Positions 58,184-64,000 of a stretch of DNA of 64,000 nt are shown one piece after another (the first letter of the stretch is position 1; the number at the start of each line of letters is the position of its first letter). A program made the position numbers and the translations under genes. The notes below the pieces were generated by a model that made no database searches, was not told the origin of the DNA, and saw only the letters and a program-made list of their open reading frames with translations. This DNA comes from a virus (Duplodnaviria; Caudoviricetes): positions 8,723-72,722 of the IMG/VR virus record IMGVR_UViG_3300033120_000925. The stretch is one strand, 5' to 3'.

Positions 58184-58220
58184 TCTCGGCTTTTTTTTAC
58201 TAACAAATTAAATTAAAAAA

Positions 58221-58400
58221 ATGGAAATAGAAGATATTGAAGTAATAGTAATGATTGTTCAATTCAAAGATGGTTCTGCGCATCAAGTTTTGACATCAAA
58301 AGAAAATAAAAAAATAGCCTTGCAAATAATCGCAAGTGCTGATGGAAAATTAACGATTGATAAAGAACTCGCTCCTGTTGTATTCGAGTATGCAGAGTAG
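58221..58400 (+). CDS. cassette ORF (59 aa)
   Basis: MEIEDIEVIVMIVQFKDGSAHQVL...FEYAE, below the track cutoff. Confidence 0.65.
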   Translation: MEIEDIEVIVMIVQFKDGSAHQVLTSKENKKIALQIIASADGKLTIDKELAPVVFEYAE

Positions 58401-58429
58401 ATTTTGACGCAAAGTTGCTAGAAGCTGGA

Positions 58430-58436
58430 ATATAAC
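58430..58436 (+). repeat. half site J (left core only, hairpin missing)
   Basis: GAATATAAC complements the cassette start GTTATATTC at 58177; no hairpin or GTTA follows. Confidence 0.6.
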
Positions 58437-58468
58437 TACTTGCTTTGCGCATAAAATGTATTACAAAG

Positions 58469-58648
58469 ATGAAACAATACACAAAAACAAAGGTAATTCG
58501 CATTACAGAAACACAACACCAAACACTGGTAAAAATGCAATCTTACAATGTTGATGTAGCCGATTTTATCCGAAACGCAATATCTGAAAAAATAAAAAGG
58601 GAGTATAAGGACTTGATGCCGAAAGTTAAAAATGATTGCCCTTTCTAA
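58469..58648 (+). CDS. ribbon-helix-helix-like protein
   Basis: KTKVIRITETQHQTL...VDVADFIRNAISEKI. Confidence 0.6.
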   Translation: MKQYTKTKVIRITETQHQTLVKMQSYNVDVADFIRNAISEKIKREYKDLMPKVKNDCPF

Positions 58649-58701
58649 AACTCGGCAACTTAAACCATGCTAAAATACCAATTATTAAAACTAAAAATAA
58701 A

Positions 58702-58950
58702 ATGGAAAAAGAAATTAAAGAATTGATTAGAAACAATGGGAATGATTTAATGCGTTGGACTGAAAAAAGAGATAATTTAAGAAATAAAATTAAATTTTGC
58801 TCGGATCATAAATTCGAAGAGGAAGTAAGGATGTCACTTTCAAAATTAGAATCTATGGAAGGTGTTATTTATGATTATGAGCAAATGATTAAAGACTTGA
58901 AAATAATCTTAAAATCTTACCAAAATGATATTGCTGCGACTGAATCGTAG
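58702..58950 (+). CDS. cassette ORF, coiled coil
   Basis: Stop TAG inside the AATCGTAGTATT end motif. Confidence 0.65.
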   Translation: MEKEIKELIRNNGNDLMRWTEKRDNLRNKIKFCSDHKFEEEVRMSLSKLESMEGVIYDYEQMIKDLKIILKSYQNDIAATES

Positions 58951-58956
58951 TATTAG

Positions 58957-59033
58957 GCATAACGTTAAAACTATACTGCGGTTGCCTATGCGGTTTAGTA
59001 GATTCGGCAACTGCTGTATAGTGATTGTTACCA
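58957..59033 (+). repeat. attC-like site K (short class, 77 bp)
   Basis: GCATAAC; CTATACTGCGGTTGCC / GGCAACTGCTGTATAG; GTTACCA. Confidence 0.85.
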
Positions 59034-59076
59034 GAAGTACGGCAATTATAATTTAACAATTTAAAACAATAATAAA

Positions 59077-59586
59077 ATGAAAAACATACACATATTACCA
59101 ACAAAAAACCAAAGTAGGTTGTATTTTGATGTAGTAACAAAAAAATTACTATTACAAGAAAGATTAAGTCTTAATGCGACTTGTTTTCCAATTGAAAAAA
59201 GAAACATCTACATCACTAATGATGAAGAAATTAAAGATGAAGATTGGACATTAAAATTTCCTTTCCAAAAGGAAATTTTCAAAAATATTGAAGTAAGTAT
59301 TAATGAATATGTAAAAAGAGCAAAACTACATACATACCCATATAATTGGTGTCAAAAAATTATCCTTACTACTGACCCTGATTTAATCAAAGATGGTGTA
59401 CAAGCTATTGATGATGAGTTCTTAGAGTGGTTTGTTAAGAATCCAAGTTGTGAGGAAGTTGAAGTTAAGTGGGTAAAAACACCTGATGGTATATTTTATA
59501 CAAATGATGTTCCTTATGGATGTTATAAAATCATCATTCCAAAAGAAATTGATACTTTAGAATTAGGACAAATTAAAATCTACTAA
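59077..59586 (+). CDS. cassette ORF, Bacteroidota-phage-type hypothetical
   Basis: First of three genes in one cassette. Confidence 0.75.
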   Translation: MKNIHILPTKNQSRLYFDVVTKKLLLQERLSLNATCFPIEKRNIYITNDEEIKDEDWTLKFPFQKEIFKNIEVSINEYVKRAKLHTYPYNWCQKIILTTDPDLIKDGVQAIDDEFLEWFVKNPSCEEVEVKWVKTPDGIFYTNDVPYGCYKIIIPKEIDTLELGQIKIY

Positions 59587-59588
59587 AT

Positions 59589-59915
59589 ATGAAAGAAAAA
59601 ACAATTAACATTCCAATTTACTTTGGAAAATTAAAAATCATTACCACAGATTCGTGGAGCAAAGTAAATCTACTTTATAACACAAAAATTGATTCAAAAC
59701 TTTATGATGCGGTTGTTTTTGAAATAAAAAACAATGATGAATACATAGTTGCAATCAAAAAAGTAGAATGGTCAATAATAGCTCACGAAGTTGTGCATAT
59801 TGTAAATGCAATATTCTTAAAATGCGGTGTTGAACTTGACAGACAAAACGACGAACCGCAAGCCTATTTAACAGGATGGATTATAAATGAAATAGATAAA
59901 TTTTTAAATAAATAA
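59589..59915 (+). CDS. HExxH zincin-like phage protein
   Basis: IAHEVVH...DEPQAYL. Confidence 0.6.
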   Translation: MKEKTINIPIYFGKLKIITTDSWSKVNLLYNTKIDSKLYDAVVFEIKNNDEYIVAIKKVEWSIIAHEVVHIVNAIFLKCGVELDRQNDEPQAYLTGWIINEIDKFLNK

Positions 59916-59917
59916 TT

Positions 59918-60436
59918 ATGACACCAAGAAGAAATAAATTATGGTTAAATACACCCGCAGAATTAGCGATTTTCAATGCTATTCAAGAAGTTGAAACAGT
60001 AGGTGCTGATGTTAGATTGACAGAAATTACAAATATGCTTGTAAAAGCAAAAGACTTATTATCTGATTATATTGACAATACTAAAGATTTGCAAGGAACT
60101 GAATTAGCTAAAAAAACTTTGTTTAAAATTACAGATAAATTACCCGACGGGGTTCTTTGGGGAAAAGCAAGAGAATATTCAAAACAATTTACCTCTTTCG
60201 AAAAACCAGTTCAAAGTGAAATTGCAATGAGTGAAGCACAAGACCATTATTATAGAGGAATGATTGATTTAAGAGATATGATTGAACAACAGAATAATGA
60301 AGCCGTAGAAATGCTTGACGGTTTAGTTTCTGATGTAGGGAATCTACTTTGTGATGTTGCTGATTTAGATTTTGAATGGCAACAAGCAGGATATTATGAA
60401 ACTGCTAAAAAATGGTTATTAGAAAACAAATCGTAG
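59918..60436 (+). CDS. cassette ORF, hypothetical
   Basis: Stop TAG inside the AATCGTAGTATT end motif. Confidence 0.7.
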   Translation: MTPRRNKLWLNTPAELAIFNAIQEVETVGADVRLTEITNMLVKAKDLLSDYIDNTKDLQGTELAKKTLFKITDKLPDGVLWGKAREYSKQFTSFEKPVQSEIAMSEAQDHYYRGMIDLRDMIEQQNNEAVEMLDGLVSDVGNLLCDVADLDFEWQQAGYYETAKKWLLENKS

Positions 60437-60442
60437 TATTTC

Positions 60443-60573
60443 TGGTAACGTTGAAGCATTGTTGCAGTTGTGTATTAGGACTGCCAAATTATCGATTTAA
60501 AACTAACCAACCAAGTACAAAAACAATTATTAATCAAGCCAATTGCCACAATTGCTACAATGCATTGTTATAT
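60443..60573 (+). repeat. attC-like site L (131 bp)
   Basis: TGGTAAC; GCATTGTTGCAGTTGTG / CACAATTGCTACAATGC; GTTATAT. Confidence 0.85.
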
Positions 60574-60597
60574 GCTGGCTTTTTAACACTAAAAATT

Positions 60598-60864
60598 ATG
60601 AAAAACTTTAAACAATTCAGAAGAAGTCAAATTGCAGAAATGCGAGAAGTAACAGAAAATGATATTAATGTATTTAAGAATCACGGATTTATACATATAT
60701 CAGAATATCCATTTGGTTTTAACATATCTATTTCTGATGCAGACAAAAACAATGGAAGTCCTAAAATTGGAGATATGATTGCAAGGAATCCAAAAGACTA
60801 TTCAGACCAATGGTTAGTAGCTGAACAATATTTCAAAGATAATTTTGAGAAGTTAGTTGAGTAA
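60598..60864 (+). CDS. cassette ORF, phage-type hypothetical
   Basis: MKNFKQFRRSQIAEMR...GDMIARNPKDYSDQWLVAEQYFKDNF. Confidence 0.75.
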   Translation: MKNFKQFRRSQIAEMREVTENDINVFKNHGFIHISEYPFGFNISISDADKNNGSPKIGDMIARNPKDYSDQWLVAEQYFKDNFEKLVE

Positions 60865-60870
60865 GCTATC

Positions 60871-60993
60871 ATATAACGTTTCTCGGCTTTGTTTAGTGCC
60901 GACTTAGAAAAACTAAACTTTCAACTTAAATAATATATCTTATGAAAACAGAAAATAACGAAAACCAGGCATTGAACAAAACCGATGTTAGCA
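60871..60993 (+). repeat. attC-like site M (123 bp)
   Basis: ATATAAC; TCGGCTTTGTTTAGTGCC / GGCATTGAACAAAACCGA; GTTAGCA. Confidence 0.85.
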
Positions 60994-61178
60994 GCAGTGC
61001 GAGGTATATAATTATTGACGAAAGCCTTTCAGGACATTGCTGTTTTGAATTTACAATAATTGACACAGCAGCAGGTAAGGAAGATTATGGAGATTACTGG
61101 AAACGCTCAATGTGTGAAACATTTTATAGAGCAGAAGCAGAAATTATATGTGACGCTCTCAATAAGCATTGTTGCTAA
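60942..61178 (+). CDS. cassette ORF starting in the site M loop
   Basis: Leader QALNKTDVSSS; TAA stop inside the next TGCTAAC. Confidence 0.7.
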   Translation: MKTENNENQALNKTDVSSSARYIIIDESLSGHCCFEFTIIDTAAGKEDYGDYWKRSMCETFYRAEAEIICDALNKHCC

Positions 61179-61251
61179 CGTTCCGCAGCTACACGATGCC
61201 AGCCTATGCGGTTGCTATATTTCGGCTGGTATTGTGTAACTGCTGTTAGTA
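61173..61251 (+). repeat. attC-like site N (short class, 79 bp)
   Basis: TGCTAAC; GCAGCTACACGATGCCAGCC / GGCTGGTATTGTGTAACTGC; GTTAGTA. Confidence 0.9.
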
Positions 61252-61297
61252 GCTGTTTTTTTATTTTACATTTATTTTAAAAATATTTGTAATTTTA

Positions 61298-61328
61298 TTT
61301 GGTAGTTACAAAATTAGTCGTATATTTG
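61298..61328 (+). promoter_or_regulatory. host-type promoter inside a cassette
   Basis: TTTG 61298-61301, N19, TATATTTG 61321-61328. Confidence 0.75.
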
Positions 61329-61358
61329 TAAAAGAAATAACAACTAAAACAAATCAAA

Positions 61359-61556
61359 ATGAAAACATCTACTTATACTTACGAATTTGCAAATGGAACT
61401 TTTACTATCACAAAAGGAATAAAAACTAAATTTGATTGGTTTGTTTCTGTAAAGTTAAATGATGGTTTTATATCATTGAATCAAAATATTTTCTTAACAA
61501 AAAAAGAAGCGAAAAAAACAACTGAAAACTTACTAAACAAATACAAATTACTATGA
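61359..61556 (+). CDS. cassette ORF, hypothetical
   Basis: First gene after the internal promoter. Confidence 0.65.
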   Translation: MKTSTYTYEFANGTFTITKGIKTKFDWFVSVKLNDGFISLNQNIFLTKKEAKKTTENLLNKYKLL

Positions 61557-61906
61557 ATGAAAATTTTTATAAACAAGCTGTAAATAACTTTGAATTTAGA
61601 GCGAAAAGAATAAATAACGACATTGTTGTTTATGGACTACTTTCTTTTTATAATAATGAATTAGTTATAATTACAGAAGACAATAATGCATATCATATAA
61701 AACCTGATACGATTCAAGAATATACACGATTGAAAGATAAAAACAAAAATAAAGTTTTTGTTGGAGATAAAATAAAGCATTTTGAAGGACGTGAATTTGA
61801 AGTTGTTTTTTCAGATATAAAAGGAATTTTATTAAGTTCAATAAATGACAATGGAGAATATGCTAACGGTTATCCTTATTGGATTGATGATTGCGAAATA
61901 ATTTAG
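61553..61906 (+). CDS. YopX-family phage protein
   Basis: FEFRAK...VYG...IKPDTIQEYTRLKDKNKNKVFVGDKI. Confidence 0.75.
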   Translation: MNENFYKQAVNNFEFRAKRINNDIVVYGLLSFYNNELVIITEDNNAYHIKPDTIQEYTRLKDKNKNKVFVGDKIKHFEGREFEVVFSDIKGILLSSINDNGEYANGYPYWIDDCEII

Positions 61907-61911
61907 TAAAT

Positions 61912-62079
61912 ATGGAACGAAAAAATATTATAGTTTTCATTCAAAACGACCGAATAGAAACTTATGGAAATCTAAAAAAGTGTTGTGAGTTTGAAAATCT
62001 AAAATACCACACTTTAGCACGTTTAAAATTCCCAATTCGGATAAACGATGTAGTTATACACAAAACGTTGTTTAAATAG
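61912..62079 (+). CDS. small putative DNA-binding protein
   Basis: ETYGNLKKCCEFENLKYHTLARLKFP. Confidence 0.55.
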   Translation: MERKNIIVFIQNDRIETYGNLKKCCEFENLKYHTLARLKFPIRINDVVIHKTLFK

Positions 62080-62080
62080 C

Positions 62081-62213
62081 TACTGACGTATGGTGCTATA
62101 TTTCAGTAGCGGAAACACAAAACAATGCTTCGGTTGATGACCGAAAATAACAAGTACAAACAAATTATTGAATTTAACCCGATAACCGCTATTGAATATA
62201 GCAGTTGTTATAA
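62081..62213 (+). repeat. attC-like site O (133 bp, TGAC variant core)
   Basis: TACTGAC; GCTATATTTCAGTAGCGG / CCGCTATTGAATATAGC; GTTATAA. Confidence 0.8.
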
Positions 62214-62225
62214 GTAGCTTTTATT

Positions 62226-62507
62226 ATGATAACAGAATTTAATTTTACAAAAGAATGGCAAGAAGACAAACACAATTGGGTCGTTTTTTATGTTGAGAAT
62301 TTCCCAATAGATTTAAAAGTAGGTGATGAAATATGGATAAGTGATTTTAAACATCTATTTAAAAAAGGCGAATATTATTGTCCAGAAAATGAAATTTCAA
62401 ATGAATTTTTAGAAGAGTTTGATATTCCAGAAGGAAAAGTAACACATTTAAGGTATGGTTTACAAGACGGAAAAGTAGTTAAGATTTTAGAACTTTTGGC
62501 TACATAG
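62226..62507 (+). CDS. cassette ORF, hypothetical
   Basis: Between paired cassette ends. Confidence 0.7.
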   Translation: MITEFNFTKEWQEDKHNWVVFYVENFPIDLKVGDEIWISDFKHLFKKGEYYCPENEISNEFLEEFDIPEGKVTHLRYGLQDGKVVKILELLAT

Positions 62508-62521
62508 TTTGGTAAAGTTAC

Positions 62522-62653
62522 TTATAACGTTATCTCGCTTGGCGAGGTTGCTGACTTCGGAAAAATAAAACTTCAACTTAAAAATAAATATGATGCGAAA
62601 CGTGAACGTGAATAAACAACAAAATCAGCAATCTTGCCAAACGAGTGTTAGCG
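62522..62653 (+). repeat. attC-like site P (132 bp)
   Basis: TTATAAC; TCGCTTGGCGAGGTTGCTGA / TCAGCAATCTTGCCAAACGA; GTTAGCG. Confidence 0.9.
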
Positions 62654-62790
62654 GTTCGGTTACGGATGAGAACAATCGTAATTATGCTAAAAAAATATTG
62701 ATAAAATATATTCAAAGCGAAAGATTGCAATATAAACAAAAACAAGGAGATTATTCAATTGACGAATTATTAACAGAATTAGAAAAATAA
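62590..62790 (+). CDS. cassette ORF starting in the site P loop
   Basis: Leader QQSCQTSVSGS. Confidence 0.6.
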   Translation: MMRNVNVNKQQNQQSCQTSVSGSVTDENNRNYAKKILIKYIQSERLQYKQKQGDYSIDELLTELEK

Positions 62791-62792
62791 GT

Positions 62793-63362
62793 ATGGGAAG
62801 CATTAAAGGACAAAAACACAATCCTGAATTAGAAGGAAAATATGCTCACATAAACCCGAATGATGTGGTTTTTACGCCTGATTGGTTGGCGAAACAAATA
62901 GTATCAATGTTTGATATTAAAGGAAAAGTATTAGAACCGTGTAAAGGTGAGGGTGCGTTTTTAAATCACTTACCGAAAGATACAGAATGGTGTGAAATTG
63001 CAGAAGGTATAAACTATTATGATTATAATGAAAAAGTAGATTGGATTGTAACCAACCCACCTTATTCGGATTATAACAGGTTTCTTGAACATTCATTTGC
63101 ATTGGCTGATAATATTGTTTTATTAGTTCCTGTTGCGAAAATGTTTAAAAGTATGGGAACAATGAGCGATATATTTAATTATGGCGGATTTGTTGAAATA
63201 CACACATTGCCAAGTAGTAAAGCAGGATTTCCTTTTGGATTTCCAAGTGCGGTTTACTACTTAAAAAGGGGTTACAAAGGAGAAACTAAAATAAAAATGT
63301 TAGACGGAATTTCTTTTGAAAAGAAGAAGAAAAAAGCAAAAGTTTCTACTTTATTCGAGTAG
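62793..63362 (+). CDS. DNA N6-adenine (amino) methyltransferase, orphan
   Basis: DVVFTPDWLA, VLEPCKGEGAF (motif I), IVTNPPY (motif IV). Confidence 0.9.
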   Translation: MGSIKGQKHNPELEGKYAHINPNDVVFTPDWLAKQIVSMFDIKGKVLEPCKGEGAFLNHLPKDTEWCEIAEGINYYDYNEKVDWIVTNPPYSDYNRFLEHSFALADNIVLLVPVAKMFKSMGTMSDIFNYGGFVEIHTLPSSKAGFPFGFPSAVYYLKRGYKGETKIKMLDGISFEKKKKKAKVSTLFE

Positions 63363-63375
63363 TTGTTTAACTGAC

Positions 63376-63507
63376 TGCTAACGCCCTGTCGCTTGGCGAT
63401 GTGGCAAAAAAGTACACCCGAATTTTCGGATTATTACAAGTGCGTAAGGCACAAAACCAACTATAAATTAAACCTAAACTTGCCATATTGCCAAACGGCT
63501 GTTATGT
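63376..63507 (+). repeat. attC-like site Q (132 bp)
   Basis: TGCTAAC; GTCGCTTGGCGATGTGGCAA / TTGCCATATTGCCAAACGGC; GTTATGT. Confidence 0.9.
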
Positions 63508-63533
63508 GAGGTTGCGGGTAACTAAAACAAAGC

Positions 63534-63914
63534 GTGATGGAAAATAATTTATGCTCAAAATTCATAAAAAACTCATTAAGTGAAAACTATTGTGATAATT
63601 GCGGTAGAGAAGAATGGCATCATCCAAAGGAAAATGATTATAAAATGATTTTCTATAATGAGGGAATAAAAAGAGCTTCACAACATAATTTTAATCAAGC
63701 CGAAGCAGGTTATAATGCAAAATGGTTTAAAAGAGGAGCTATATTTGGGCGTATAGAAACACTAAAAGAAAATGAAGAATTATTAAACGCCCTATATCAA
63801 CTTGTTTCGTTAAAGAAATGGAAAGAAGAATTTGGAAAAGATGAATGGTATTTAGAAAAACAACCATTAGCTTGGAAAAATGCTGAAAAAGTTCTTATGG
63901 AATTTGAAATTTAG
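63534..63914 (+). CDS. cassette ORF with N-terminal Cys/His motif
   Basis: CSKF...CDNCGREEWHH. Confidence 0.7.
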   Translation: MMENNLCSKFIKNSLSENYCDNCGREEWHHPKENDYKMIFYNEGIKRASQHNFNQAEAGYNAKWFKRGAIFGRIETLKENEELLNALYQLVSLKKWKEEFGKDEWYLEKQPLAWKNAEKVLMEFEI

Positions 63915-63921
63915 CAATCTC

Positions 63922-64000
63922 ACATAACGGGCTCCGGCTTGTTCGTCGTTCCGAGAGGAGCTTGCTCCGAAGCGGAATGCGTACAAGCCGGTGATGGGGA
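63922..64000 (+). repeat. attC-like site R (GC-rich type, truncated by the window edge)
   Basis: ACATAAC then 72 nt identical to 54781-54852. Confidence 0.8.

Larger units (their letters stand above)
54321..64000 (+). mobile_element. integron-like gene-cassette array (continues beyond the window)
   Basis: 18 TAAC...GTTA hairpin sites alternating with co-oriented small ORFs; each cassette's ends are mutually complementary. Confidence 0.85.

Noticed and set aside
54321-64000. CRISPR array
   Set aside because: The repeats are not identical, are 77-234 bp long and are separated by whole genes; no cas genes.
54321-64000. Hairpins as ordinary rho-independent terminators
   Set aside because: Most lack a U-tract right after the stem, loops reach ~90 nt, and terminators would not explain the TAAC/GTTA cores or cassette-end complementarity.
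1-64000. Stop-codon recoding as in some crAss-like phages (including the in-frame TAG-ATG at 14154-14149)
   Set aside because: The standard code gives intact long genes and dense coverage; TAG and TGA serve as ordinary stops; no suppressor tRNA seen. Readthrough at this single junction has no further support.
1-64000. tRNA/tmRNA/rRNA genes and a tRNA-derived attP
   Set aside because: No GGTTCGAATCC-like T-loop or cloverleaf recognised by eye; tRNAscan/ARAGORN is needed to be certain.

Overview
The whole window is one temperate-looking phage (or prophage) of a Bacteroidota host, probably Flavobacteriaceae. The host call rests on TAnnTTTG -7 promoters and A-rich initiation regions without Shine-Dalgarno sites. 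524-36181 (minus strand) is a podovirus-type morphogenesis and lysis arm: three large putative ejection proteins, tail-stabilisation and ring proteins, major capsid, scaffold, portal, terminase, two fibres and an amidase/holin block. It is followed by a divergent groEL-groES pair, a leftward operon (wHTH protein, SSB, C5 methyltransferase), a 1.15-kb non-coding divide, an early cluster of small rightward genes, a tyrosine integrase with a divergent excisionase-like gene, and an HNH-AP2 nuclease. The most striking feature is 54.3-64 kb: an integron-like gene-cassette array inside the phage. It has 18 attC-like TAAC...hairpin...GTTA sites, and for 16 cassettes the cassette's own two ends are reverse complements over about 7-15 bp. 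The sites are non-canonical: a lopsided internal loop, G.T wobbles favouring the gene-coding strand, and several ORFs that start inside the hairpin loop. Other notable items are five late promoters with a palindrome and a fixed 15-bp spacer, a probable sRNA, and a mosaic 120-bp-repeat tail fibre. All product calls come from visual motif recognition; no searches were run.
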